A stretch of 64,000 nucleotides of DNA from positions 480,001-544,000 of the forward strand of contig CAVPOM010000018.1 of the NCBI GenBank assembly GCA_963707025.1. The letters are read 5' to 3'. Position numbers and translations under genes: made by a program. Within the stretch, counting starts at the first letter, position 1. Every line of letters begins with the position of its first letter. The notes beneath the pieces are model-generated. The model was given only the letters and a program-made list of their open reading frames with translations, did no database searches and was not told where the DNA came from. This document shows positions 18,318 to 28,059 of this stretch, in pieces. Source of the stretch: an uncultured Verrucomicrobiae bacterium (lineage in GTDB: Bacteria > Verrucomicrobiota > Verrucomicrobiia > Limisphaerales > Palsa-1400).

Positions 18318-20603
18318 TCAAATCTCCGGCTGCAGCCGTCGGGGAACGTAAGTCCGGCTCTTGTTCATCACCACCCCCACCTGGGCCTTGTATTCCGAAA
18401 GCAGCGAGGTCGCCCGCTGGGCCGCCTCGCGGTCGGTTTTCTCCGCCTCCACCACCAACAGCACCATGTCCATGAACCGCGCCAGCCGGGGCGTCACGCT
18501 GATTTGCGTGACCGGCGGCATGTCAAATATAATGTAATCGTAATCGCTCGCCTTCATCTTGGAGACCAGGTGGCCGAATCGTTTGGGCAGGATGGCCGGC
18601 AGCTTGTCCCGGTTCGAGCATTCACTGACCACGTATAGCTTCTCCCGCACCAGCGCATTCTCCCGGTTCGCCTTCTCTTTCTCGAAAATGTCGTCCAAAC
18701 CAAGGTTCAGCTTGCCCTTGTAGAAGCGATGCGCGTCCCCCTTCTCGGAGCTCATATTCACCAGCAGGACGTTGCCGTCTCCCGTCTCGGACAGCACGGA
18801 GGCCAGCCCGGCGGCCATGGTGCTCACACCGGCGCCAGCGTGACTGCTGGTCAGCGCCACCAGTTTTGGTTTGTGAGTCAGATTGAGCACCTCGAAGTAG
18901 TCAATGAGCCGGTCGCGCAACGTTTCATGAAAAGGCCGCAGGAGGTGCTCTTCCTCACACGACGCCATCGTTGCCTCCCCCACCCGCGCCAGCGCCCCCC
19001 CGCCCGGGGACCCATCGCCGCCGCCCGGTAAAAGTTTGACCGCTTGGCCCCCGTTGGACAAGCCGGCCGGGCGCTTGCCGTTCAGGTAGGGAACCGACAG
19101 AAAAAATGGCAACGCCAGTTTTGACACGACTTCCTGAGGACGCTTGAACGTGCGATCCAGGCACATTTCCAATAAAAAGGCCAGGCCAAACCCCAGCGCC
19201 ACACCCCCTCCAGCCAGGGCGGCGACCAGCTTGAGCCGCTTCTTCACGTCGCGCAACGGCGGGGTGGGCTGCTGGCTGGGGCTGATGCTCGATACCCGGT
19301 TGGGTCCCAGCTCCTCATCCATATTCGCCTTGTCCATGACCTTTTCCATCTGTTTCAGCTCCCCCTCATCAATCTCCTTGTTCCTCTCCAAGTCATGAAT
19401 GGTGACTGCCAATTGAACCAGGTTCGATCCTTTATCCATCATCAGCGCAAGTTCATTGGTCTGCCGGGCGATCCGCCCCTGTAGTTCCGCAATCCGCGCC
19501 AGCTCATTATCATAAGCTGTCGCAGGGTCCACCAGGCTGGCGGCAGCGCCCGGCGCTTTTGTCTCCGCCGCCGCCACCATCAAGAGTCCGGCGTTCGTTT
19601 CCTCGAGAGCATTCTTATGGGCAAGGGCCGCTTCAATCTCGATCAAGTTGGTTTTCACCAGGATGCTGTTGGTGGTCAGGTAGTCGAGCTTGGCCTGCTT
19701 GGTTTGAAGCTCCACCAGGCGCCGGCGGGCTTCGTTGTAGGCCTCCACCTCGGCCGCAGTCGGCGTCCGCACGGCGTTGGCATTGGTTGAGGCCCCCTGG
19801 TCATGAACCTGCCCCATCGTTCGCTTGAGCATATTGGAGAGCACGTTGGCTTTCGCCATGGCTCCGTCCAACTCCGCCATCGCCAGGGAGTTCTCCTGTT
19901 CGATCATCCCTTCCTGCGCCGTGAAGGCCGCCAGCTCTGCCGGTAGGTCAACAAACCCTCCCCGTTGTTTTGCTTTGGCCAGTTCATCTTCCGTGTTCTT
20001 CAACCGCATCCGCCGCAGATCGGTCTGCGAATGCAGGTAGGAGTCGAACACTTCGGTCCTCTGATGGATGTTTGCGTGCTTGACGATGTAATTGGTGATC
20101 AATTGATCCAGCACCGGTTTGACCACCTCCGGGTTCCCATGCCAGAATGACAGCCGCATGATCTGGGTGTTTAGGGGCACCTCAGCCTTCAAACCATCCT
20201 GAATCATGTGCGCCGCGGCGTCCACACTGCCCGCATTGGTCCCCGCCCTCTCACCCAGGAGGGCCGCCGGGCCGATGCTTTCCGCCACCGCCTTCGCCAG
20301 ATCGAAGCTCTGGACTATCGTGAGTTCCGAATTGAGGATGGTAGCCCTTTGGTCGCCCATCATCGGACGGGCTTCCGAACCGGGCGAATCTGGCGCCTGC
20401 GCGTCAATCACGTAGCCGATGTACAGCTCGGCCACCGACACATACTTGACGGGCCAGCGGGCAAGGACCAACCCGGCGGCGACAAAGCCCAGCAAAGAAA
20501 ACCCCAGGATCAACCACTTGCGCCGGAATAAAATATAATAGATGTCCCCCAAATTCGGCCCGGAAGCGGGTGGTGGAGACATTTGTTTTGGATTCATGGC
20601 CAT
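18318..20603 (-). CDS. Wzc/GumC-like polysaccharide co-polymerase with a degenerate tyrosine kinase domain
   Basis: DIYYILFRRKWLI, two TMs flanking coiled coil, LDRTF, YDYIIFDMPPV. Confidence 0.88.
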   Translation of the reverse strand: MAMNPKQMSPPPASGPNLGDIYYILFRRKWLILGFSLLGFVAAGLVLARWPVKYVSVAELYIGYVIDAQAPDSPGSEARPMMGDQRATILNSELTIVQSFDLAKAVAESIGPAALLGERAGTNAGSVDAAAHMIQDGLKAEVPLNTQIMRLSFWHGNPEVVKPVLDQLITNYIVKHANIHQRTEVFDSYLHSQTDLRRMRLKNTEDELAKAKQRGGFVDLPAELAAFTAQEGMIEQENSLAMAELDGAMAKANVLSNMLKRTMGQVHDQGASTNANAVRTPTAAEVEAYNEARRRLVELQTKQAKLDYLTTNSILVKTNLIEIEAALAHKNALEETNAGLLMVAAAETKAPGAAASLVDPATAYDNELARIAELQGRIARQTNELALMMDKGSNLVQLAVTIHDLERNKEIDEGELKQMEKVMDKANMDEELGPNRVSSISPSQQPTPPLRDVKKRLKLVAALAGGGVALGFGLAFLLEMCLDRTFKRPQEVVSKLALPFFLSVPYLNGKRPAGLSNGGQAVKLLPGGGDGSPGGGALARVGEATMASCEEEHLLRPFHETLRDRLIDYFEVLNLTHKPKLVALTSSHAGAGVSTMAAGLASVLSETGDGNVLLVNMSSEKGDAHRFYKGKLNLGLDDIFEKEKANRENALVREKLYVVSECSNRDKLPAILPKRFGHLVSKMKASDYDYIIFDMPPVTQISVTPRLARFMDMVLLVVEAEKTDREAAQRATSLLSEYKAQVGVVMNKSRTYVPRRLQPEI

Positions 20604-20680
20604 TTCAATCTACATCAGGCTGCTCAAAACACCATCATTGTTTAACATTTAACACTCCTCGTGCCCTGGTTGTTCAATCA

Positions 20681-21769
20681 TCAGCTCAAATGCCGATACA
20701 GCAGTTGGCCTGCCAGCCGCAGCAACAGCGGCGGCAGCGCTGCAAATACCCGGTTGTGCCACCCTTCCGCACGATCCACCTCCCGGACAAACCGCCCGGC
20801 GCGGAAATCGTATTTGCAACACTTGATTTCCTCTTCCCGCGGACCAAATCCAAGTTTGAACCGCCGCAGCCCTTCATTGCCCACCGAGGTGCGTCCAAAA
20901 TGCAGCCGCGCACAACCGCGCGCCGCGCACTGGCGCATGCCTTCCCACATCACCAGATTGTTCGGGCGCAAATGCTGAAATCCGTAGTCCGAAGCCCCAA
21001 ATTTATAAAGCGCCTGCCGGCCCTGATGCAAAAAAACCGCCGCCGCCGCTGGCTTGTCTTCCCAGTGGGCGATGGCAATGAAACCCAGGCCGGGCTGGAG
21101 CATATATTTCTGGATATTGGCGAAAAACCGGAACGGCTGGGGCGGCAATCCGTGCCGCCGGCGTGTCCGGCAATGCAAGCGGTAGTAGGTGTCCGCAGAC
21201 TCCAGGGTGTTGTCAAATTGGATGCGTAAACCCGCCGCCTTGGCTTTCTTGATGCCGCGCCGCACCGGACCCTCCAGTTTCTCGAACAGAGCTTCCTCGC
21301 CGACTCCCAGCTCAAGCTGATGTCCATAAAAAACCAGCGATGGAGAACTGCCCGGCCAGTCTTCATCACTGCTCCTGCATTGCAGATATCGCCAGCCGCG
21401 CGCCCGGCCTTCTGCCATCGCCATTGCGTACAGCTCACCCGCGTCCTGACCCTCCGCATTTAATGGAAAACAAAAATCAGTAAACGGCAGTGATACCCCG
21501 CGCCGCCCCGTCCACCGGCTGCTCACCTCCATCAGGGGAAGCAGGGTTCGTAATTGCCCGTCGGCAAATCGCGCCGCAAAAACCGGAACATGCCCGTACG
21601 TTTCCTGCAGCACCCTGGCCCAGGCCGTCCCGTGGAAGAACCAGGCGTCCGGGTGCGCCGCCAACAGCGCATCCCATCCCGGTTGCTGGAGTGGGTTGAT
21701 GAGGACTGAACCCTCCAGCCGGCCATGAGCCGGTGTTGGCACGGCTTCCTGTTCAACGCTGCATATCAC
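20681..21769 (-). CDS. FemAB-like GNAT acyltransferase (Acetyltransf_6-like)
   Basis: FFHGTAW, VSLPFTD, VRRGIKKA, TRRRHGLPPQP, RPNNLVMW, GLRRFKLGFG; GTG start overlaps the upstream TGA. Confidence 0.85.
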   Translation of the reverse strand: MICSVEQEAVPTPAHGRLEGSVLINPLQQPGWDALLAAHPDAWFFHGTAWARVLQETYGHVPVFAARFADGQLRTLLPLMEVSSRWTGRRGVSLPFTDFCFPLNAEGQDAGELYAMAMAEGRARGWRYLQCRSSDEDWPGSSPSLVFYGHQLELGVGEEALFEKLEGPVRRGIKKAKAAGLRIQFDNTLESADTYYRLHCRTRRRHGLPPQPFRFFANIQKYMLQPGLGFIAIAHWEDKPAAAAVFLHQGRQALYKFGASDYGFQHLRPNNLVMWEGMRQCAARGCARLHFGRTSVGNEGLRRFKLGFGPREEEIKCCKYDFRAGRFVREVDRAEGWHNRVFAALPPLLLRLAGQLLYRHLS

Positions 21770-22899
21770 TGAGCGCACCCGGCCAGCGGCCGGGCGGCGC
21801 TCAGGCACAGTTTCAATTCCTCCGCCACCGCGTGAATTTGTTCCTTGGTCAATTCCGGAAACATGGGCAGCGACAGGAACTCCCCGGCACACCGTTCCGC
21901 CACCGGATAGCTGCCCTTCCCACGGCCCAGGAACCGATAGGCCTCCTGTAGATGGACCGGAATCGGATAATGAATGGCGCAGGCGATCCCCTTCTCCGCC
22001 ATGGATTGCAACACCTGGTCCCGATCCTTCACCCGCACCGCATAAATATGATACACACTCTGGTTGTAATGGGCCTGCGCCGGCACAATTACTTCTTCGG
22101 TCTCCCCCAAAAGCTGGTCGTAAAGCAGCGCATGGGAACGGCGGCGCAGGTTCGAGACATCCAGTTGCTTGAGTTTGACACTCAAGACCGCTCCCTGGAT
22201 GCCGTCCATCCGCCCGTTCCAACCGATCTGGGAATGGTAGTACTTGCGCGCCTGGCCGTGATCCCGGAGTCCCTGGATTTTCCCCGCCAATTCCGCGTTG
22301 TTGGTCACCGTCGCCCCCGCCTCCCCCAGCGCCCCGAGGTTCTTGCCCGGATAAAAGCTGAAACAGCCCGCCACCCCCAGGGTGCCCGCCTTCTTCCCTT
22401 TGTAAGTCGCCCCGTGCGCCTGGCAGGCATCCTCAATCACCGGGATGCGGTGCCGGGCCGCGATTTCCAGGATCGGGTCCATATCCGCGCACTGGCCAAA
22501 CAGATGCACCGGGATGATGGCCTTGGTGCGGGGCGTGATCGCTTTCTCCAGCAACCCGGGATCCAGGTTGTAAGTCGTCTCTTCAATGTCCACAAAGACC
22601 GGCCGCGCCCCGCAATAACTGATCGCCTCCACCGTCGCCATAAAGGTGCTCGGAACGGTGATGACTTCATCGTTGGGCCCCACTCCCAGCGCCAGCAAGG
22701 CAAACCAGAGCGCATCGGTTCCGTTGCCCACCCCCACGGCATGCCCCGCCCCGCAATAAGCCGCAAACTCCTTTTCAAATTTGGCCACAAACGGGCCGCC
22801 CGCAAAGGCCCCCGCGTCAATCACCTCACGAATCGCCGCATCCAGTTGTTCGCGGAACGGCGCGTGATGCGCCTTGAGATCAAGGAATGGTACTTTCAT
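21766..22899 (-). CDS. DegT/DnrJ/EryC1/StrS aminotransferase (WbpE-like)
   Basis: MKVPFLDL, GNGTDAL, EDACQAHG, FSFYPGKNLGALGEAG. Confidence 0.95.
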   Translation of the reverse strand: MKVPFLDLKAHHAPFREQLDAAIREVIDAGAFAGGPFVAKFEKEFAAYCGAGHAVGVGNGTDALWFALLALGVGPNDEVITVPSTFMATVEAISYCGARPVFVDIEETTYNLDPGLLEKAITPRTKAIIPVHLFGQCADMDPILEIAARHRIPVIEDACQAHGATYKGKKAGTLGVAGCFSFYPGKNLGALGEAGATVTNNAELAGKIQGLRDHGQARKYYHSQIGWNGRMDGIQGAVLSVKLKQLDVSNLRRRSHALLYDQLLGETEEVIVPAQAHYNQSVYHIYAVRVKDRDQVLQSMAEKGIACAIHYPIPVHLQEAYRFLGRGKGSYPVAERCAGEFLSLPMFPELTKEQIHAVAEELKLCLSAARPLAGCAQ

Positions 22900-22918
22900 G
22901 TTTCTCCAATGGGTTGTT

Positions 22919-23464
22919 TCAGCGTTGGGCTGCTTTTGGCGCCGGCGCCGCCGCCTTCCTCTCTTTTTCCGTCCTGCCGCCTTTGAGCATGCGGATGACT
23001 CGGGCGGGGTTGCCGGCCACGACTGCATCCGCGGGCACATCCCGGGTCACCACGCTGCCGGCGCCGACGATCGCGCGCCGGCCTATCGTGATCCCGCACA
23101 GCACCGTCGCGCTGGATCCGATGGAGGCTCCCCGCTCCACCCGCGTTGGAATGCATTTCCAATCCGCCTCCGTTTGCAGCGCTCCGTTTTCGTTGGTGGC
23201 ACGAGGGTAGAGATCATTTATGAAAGTGACGTTGTGCCCCACGAATACATCCTCCTCCAAGACCACCCCTTCGCATATGAACGTGTGGCTGGAGATTTTG
23301 CAGCGGTGGCCGATGCTGGCCCCTTTTTGAATTTCAACGAAAGTGCCGATCTTTACGTCATCGCCAACCTGGCAGCCGTACAGATTGGTGAACGCATAAA
23401 TGCGCACGCCTCTGCCCAATTTCACATCGGGCGCGATCAGTTGATAGGACGGCGATTCAGCCAT
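22919..23464 (-). CDS. Hexapeptide N-acetyltransferase (WbpD-like)
   Basis: KIGTFVEIQ, SHTFICEGV, FINDLYPRA, VAGNPAR. Confidence 0.92.
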   Translation of the reverse strand: MAESPSYQLIAPDVKLGRGVRIYAFTNLYGCQVGDDVKIGTFVEIQKGASIGHRCKISSHTFICEGVVLEEDVFVGHNVTFINDLYPRATNENGALQTEADWKCIPTRVERGASIGSSATVLCGITIGRRAIVGAGSVVTRDVPADAVVAGNPARVIRMLKGGRTEKERKAAAPAPKAAQR

Positions 23465-23494
23465 AAGCGTTTGGCCGGGGGGATCTCCAAAACG

Positions 23495-24649
23495 CTAGCT
23501 GGTGACGGCGGGTGGGGTCGCGCGGTGGCGGGCCGTCGGGGGTGGGTTCTTCTTCTCCTGTTTGGAGGCGCCATTGCCCTCCACTACATGGGGACTGGCG
23601 GCGGCTCGGACCGGTCGCGGCCGCTCTGCATGCACAAATGGTATCCGGCTCCCTCCCTCCTTCAGGGAGGCGGAGGACGCTTCCAGAATCTTGACCAGTT
23701 CCAAGCCCCGGATGCCGCAACTCAGCGGCGTTTTGGACTCCTGAATGCAGTCAATGAAATGCTGGCACTCGGATTTGAGCGGCTCTTCCTGTTTCAAATA
23801 CGGCGCGTAAGTGTCCCCGTAATGATAGGCATAGTGAAATTCAGCAAAGGTGTCGTAGTGCGGCGGGCGCTCCACCCGGGCGTCAAAAATCCGGATCTTC
23901 TCCTGCTGCGCCACGTCGTCATACACCACCATCCGCTTGCTCCCCACGATCGTCATCTCCCGCACCTTGCGCGGGTCCAGCCAACTGCTGTGGATGATGG
24001 CCGAACGGTCATGGCCGAACCTCAGGCACATGGAGGTCACATCCTCAATCCCGGGCGTCACATGCGCGCTCCCGGAACAGTTGACGCTTTCCGGAAATTC
24101 CTTCAGCAGGTGCAGGATGATCGAAATGTCATGCGGCGCCAGGTCCCAGGCCACATTGATGTCCTTTTGATACAACCCCAGGTTCAGCCGCCGGGCGCAA
24201 ATGTAGCGGATTTGCCCCAGATCGCCCCGGTCCACGATCTCTTTGATTTTTTTGACCGCCGGTGAATAAAGGAAAGTATGCCCGACCATCAGCACCAGCC
24301 CGTTCTGTTTGGCAATTTCTATCAATTCCTCGCATTGCCCCGCCGACGACGCCATCGGCTTTTCGATCAAGGTGTGTTTGCCCGCCTCCAACGCCGCCTT
24401 GGCCATGGGAAAGTGCATCCTGACCGACGTGGCCACGGCCACCGCATCCACGCTTCCGTCGCTGAGCATCTGCTCGTAACTCATCTCCCCCTTCACCTCG
24501 GGATATACCGCTTTGAGATGCTTCAGCCTCTCCGGGCTGATGTCACACATCGTGGTCAACTCGCATCCGGGCAAGCTTCGAAAATTGCGCACTAGATTCG
24601 GCCCCCAATAGCCGCATCCGACCACTCCGACTTTGGTTTGTTTGCTCAT
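23495..24649 (-). CDS. Gfo/Idh/MocA oxidoreductase (WbpB-like)
   Basis: GCGYWGPNL, EKPMA, WDLAPHDISI. Confidence 0.92.
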   Translation of the reverse strand: MSKQTKVGVVGCGYWGPNLVRNFRSLPGCELTTMCDISPERLKHLKAVYPEVKGEMSYEQMLSDGSVDAVAVATSVRMHFPMAKAALEAGKHTLIEKPMASSAGQCEELIEIAKQNGLVLMVGHTFLYSPAVKKIKEIVDRGDLGQIRYICARRLNLGLYQKDINVAWDLAPHDISIILHLLKEFPESVNCSGSAHVTPGIEDVTSMCLRFGHDRSAIIHSSWLDPRKVREMTIVGSKRMVVYDDVAQQEKIRIFDARVERPPHYDTFAEFHYAYHYGDTYAPYLKQEEPLKSECQHFIDCIQESKTPLSCGIRGLELVKILEASSASLKEGGSRIPFVHAERPRPVRAAASPHVVEGNGASKQEKKNPPPTARHRATPPAVTS

Positions 24650-24690
24650 TTGTTGTCTTTTATACGCTGGTTGTGTCGCCTTTTATACGC

Positions 24691-25635
24691 TTATCGCGTT
24701 ACGTCTTGTACATTATCGTCACATTTTCCCACCGGCTTGTGCCGTTTCTGTGACTTTTGTAATTCTTGGAGCAGTAGAATCAACCACCCGTCGGCCCAAG
24801 CGCCGCCCCCCAGCCCCGTGGATTCCGCCGCCGCCAGTGCCGGGCCTGGCCTCGGTTCCGCGCCCTCGGGCCTGGGAACCGTCCCGCGCCGGCTTCCGTG
24901 GCAGCCATTACTTTGAATTGTCCCACCAAAAACGGGCCGGAGAACCCTGCCCTGCGGGCTGCTTTGCGGCTCAACCCGCGCCGCAATCTCCGCCGAGTGC
25001 GCCTTCGCGGCCGCTCTGCGCACGGCTTGAACATCCCACGCCTGCATGAAAATGGCCAGCGGCGTGCTGGCTATGATTTTGACATCCAGCAAAAGCGATT
25101 TGGTCTCAACGTAGGCCAGATCCAACTCCATCATTTTCTCAAAAGTGGTCCGGTTCTTTCCCTTCACCTGCCAGAGGCCGGTCAGCCCGGGCAGCGTCTC
25201 ACAACGCTGCCGATGCCGCGGCTGAAACATCTCAAACTCGTACACGGTGCTGGGGCGCGGCCCAACCAGGCTCATTTCGCCCCGCAGCACATTGATGATC
25301 TGCGGCAACTCGTCCACTCCCAGCGCCCGCAGCCATAGGCCGCCCCGAATCAACCGGGAATCTCCATTGCTGTCCAGCTTCTTCATCGGCCGGTTGGAGG
25401 TCATCAGATGGTTCAGATGTTCCCGATGCACACCCGTGTCCGCATTGACCTTCATCGTCCGAAACTTCAGACAGAAAAAGCGCGCCCCCATGTGGCCGAT
25501 CCGTTCCTGCCGGAACAGGGCCGGGCCGGGAGAAACCAGTTTCACCCAAGCCGCAATCAGCAATCCCAAAGGCAGCCAAACCGGCGCCGTCAGCACGATC
25601 AGGCTGCAATCCAACATGCGCTTCCACGATGGCAC
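24691..25635 (-). CDS. Priming sugar transferase (Bac_transf family)
   Basis: KRMLD, SPGPALFRQERIG, KFRTM, DELPQIINVLRGEMSLVGPRP, PGLTGLWQV. Confidence 0.93.
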   Translation of the reverse strand: MPSWKRMLDCSLIVLTAPVWLPLGLLIAAWVKLVSPGPALFRQERIGHMGARFFCLKFRTMKVNADTGVHREHLNHLMTSNRPMKKLDSNGDSRLIRGGLWLRALGVDELPQIINVLRGEMSLVGPRPSTVYEFEMFQPRHRQRCETLPGLTGLWQVKGKNRTTFEKMMELDLAYVETKSLLLDVKIIASTPLAIFMQAWDVQAVRRAAAKAHSAEIAARVEPQSSPQGRVLRPVFGGTIQSNGCHGSRRGTVPRPEGAEPRPGPALAAAESTGLGGGAWADGWLILLLQELQKSQKRHKPVGKCDDNVQDVTR

Positions 25636-26166
25636 CCGGGCCCGTGCGATTCGGCCGAGACCCTGTCAATTCTCTCCGGGGCGGAGGAGTGATCTTCAAA
25701 GATAGAATTCATACAATTCAGTGCCAGGCGGCCTCTGGAAAGTCATTTCAATTCTGCCATTTCTCGCGGCGGCATGAAGGCGGATACCGCCTCAAACGCC
25801 GCAAAAAACGTCACTTCAAAATTAACCTTCCTATTCCGGCGCAAATCGCTTCCCATCCCTCCAACCCGATCCCCTGTCTCAAACGATCTACAGCCTTCAT
25901 CGCCCATCTTTTTTTCTCGTGCCATCCCATCCAGGCAGGCTCAATTGCATGAACAGTCTGCACGAATTACACTAGTATCTCTTGCGTGTCAAAATCTTAC
26001 AACAACTCAACCCCGAATCCATGTAAACCCAAGAACCAAGGCATCTTGCGCAAAGCTCCGCACTTGCTGGCGCGGTCATTTTGCGCCAACAATGGACTTC
26101 CTTTGCCCATCAACGCCATTTTTTGTGACAGATCTGTCACCTACCCTCGCGACAACAGCCATCGAA

Positions 26167-26718
26167 CTACGCTGCCGCTAATAAAGGCAGGCGATCGGCC
26201 ACTCGTTGATGCAACAGCTTCAACGAGCTGCGATTCACTTCTGCCAAAATTGGACGACCTAAAAAATCCAGCAGGATTTGTACCCTTCTCACCGCTGGTA
26301 ATGCCCGCACCACCATCGCCGGGCAGCCAAGAAACGATCCTTCGGCGATCGTCACCTCAGTCCCGGCCACCAATCCGTCCTGCACCGCCATCGGCTCTTC
26401 CGATTCGAAGCACTGGCGCAATTCCTCAATCGCCCCGTCGGGCACAATGGGTATCCGCTGCCCAAAATGAACCAGACTGCTTATTCCGGCGGCGTGACGG
26501 ATGCTCTCCATGTTCTCCGCCAGAAGACAACGAACAAAAAGATAGCAGGGAAACAGCGGCTCCACCACCCGCATGATGCCCCGTTGTGTGGCCCGCTCCA
26601 TCCGCAACCGCGGATGAAACACTTCCAAACCCAGCGTCCTTTGCAGGTTCGCCGCCGCGATATGCTCGTGCTTGGGCTTTGTCCTGGCACAGTACCAAGC
26701 TGACTCACAACTTTGCAT
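26167..26718 (-). CDS. Specialised NusG paralog (RfaH/UpxY/LoaP-type antiterminator)
   Basis: WYCARTKPKHE, PLFPCYLFVR NGN domain, KOW-like VTIAEGSFLG, RVQILLDFLGR; heads the EPS operon. Confidence 0.9.
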   Translation of the reverse strand: MQSCESAWYCARTKPKHEHIAAANLQRTLGLEVFHPRLRMERATQRGIMRVVEPLFPCYLFVRCLLAENMESIRHAAGISSLVHFGQRIPIVPDGAIEELRQCFESEEPMAVQDGLVAGTEVTIAEGSFLGCPAMVVRALPAVRRVQILLDFLGRPILAEVNRSSLKLLHQRVADRLPLLAAA

Positions 26719-27345
26719 AGAAAAAATCTAAAACAGCCTCTCCCGCAATGTCCCCTTCGGTTTCGCAGCGGCGCCGGGCCGCATCCCCCGGTTATCAAAT
26801 CTGCAAAACACCCTTTCCCATCGCCACCGCGCGAGCCGGACAGCCGCCATCTTGTTAGAATCCACACCCATCGAGATCACAACAACTTTCCAGAAAGAGC
26901 GCACTACGACAATCGCATCTTTAGTCAATTTCGCTTCCGCAGCGAAATCCAATGTTAGTCGAATACACTATACTACACGTGTTGTCAAAGGGTTTTTTGC
27001 AAGTTCTTTCCGAACAGTCATCAAGGCTGTATTATTAACATCTTCGCGCAAAACGTCAAGCTTAAAGTGGGGTTTTGTGGGATGGACTGGGATTGCCTTA
27101 CAACACCGTCCTCCATTCCCTGAGCCAGTTCCGTCGTCCGCAGACATCATGCCTTCGGAGAATTGTTTATATGTTGCTTTCCATCAATCACTTGTGCTTT
27201 TCTTGGAGCCGGCCCGAAACTTGCTCCCACCGGTAATTCCGTCAACCTCCGTTTACCCTTCCTGTCATTCCTCCTTCCCCCCATTCCACCCCTCCCCCGC
27301 CCTCTCACGCCCTTGGCCCCCGCCAGATATTCCTGAAATTGCGTG

Positions 27346-27374
27346 TTGACCAAGCTCCGCGCCATTGCTACTCT
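27346..27374 (+). promoter_or_regulatory. sigma70 promoter of the ilv leader
   Basis: TTGACC-N17-TACTCT with extended -10 TG. Confidence 0.7.
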
Positions 27375-27381
27375 GCGCCCC

Positions 27382-27435
27382 ATGAAATATCGGGCCGGCT
27401 TGTTGACAGTGGTTCGCGTCGTCGTCATGGACTGA
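27382..27435 (+). CDS. Leu/Val-rich attenuator leader peptide MKYRAGLLTVVRVVVMD
   Basis: 17 codons with 2 Leu and 5 Val, upstream of a terminator and ilvN. Confidence 0.8.
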   Translation: MKYRAGLLTVVRVVVMD

Positions 27436-27468
27436 CGCGGCCGGAGGCATGGTTCCGGCCCGCAGGCC

Positions 27469-27500
27469 GCCCGCCGATGAGCCAGGGACGCGGGCTTTTT
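27469..27500 (+). terminator. Attenuator terminator hairpin
   Basis: GCCCGC-loop-GCGGGC-TTTTT; upstream hairpin GGCCGGA/TCCGGCC at 27439-27460. Confidence 0.7.
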
Positions 27501-27536
27501 AGTCCCGGAACCCATAGACAAAACACGCGCCACATT

Positions 27537-28025
27537 ATGCGTCATACCTTATCCGTGCTGGTGGAGAACAAGTTCGGCGTCCTCACGCGCGTCGCCGGCC
27601 TTTTCAGCGGCCGCGGCTACAACATCGAATCCCTCAACGTCGCCCCCACCCAGCAAGCCGCCACCTCGCGCATGACCATCGTCACCAGCGGTGACGAGGC
27701 CACCCTGGATCAAATCGTCAAACAGCTCAACAAACTGGTCAACGTGCTGGAGGTCATCAATTTCGGGGAGGATGATTTTATTGACCGGGAACTGGTTTTG
27801 GTGCGCGTCTCGGTGGACGCCAAGGCCCGCGCCGAGATCATGCAGATGACCGATATTTTCCGGGCCAAAATCGTGGACGTGCAGCCCCGCAGCCTGACCA
27901 TCGAAATCACCGGCAACGACAGCAAGGTGGAAAAGTTTTTGGTCCTCATGCAGACCTTTGGCGTGGAAGAGTTGACGCGCACCGGGAAAATCGCCCTGGC
28001 CCGCAAACCATCGTCCCCGCAGTAA
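27537..28025 (+). CDS. ilvN: Acetolactate synthase small subunit
   Basis: [38 protein letters not shown] domain. Confidence 0.96.
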   Translation: MRHTLSVLVENKFGVLTRVAGLFSGRGYNIESLNVAPTQQAATSRMTIVTSGDEATLDQIVKQLNKLVNVLEVINFGEDDFIDRELVLVRVSVDAKARAEIMQMTDIFRAKIVDVQPRSLTIEITGNDSKVEKFLVLMQTFGVEELTRTGKIALARKPSSPQ

Positions 28026-28059
28026 TTCACCATTCATCATTCAACCTGCCCCATTGATT

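Noticed and set aside
21770..22222. Long N-terminus of the 513-aa GNAT ORF
   Set aside because: Overlaps the aminotransferase out of frame.
25776..25793. ops-like GGCGGTAT in the EPS leader
   Set aside because: Imperfect match to the enterobacterial ops consensus and part of a short GC hairpin; insufficient support.
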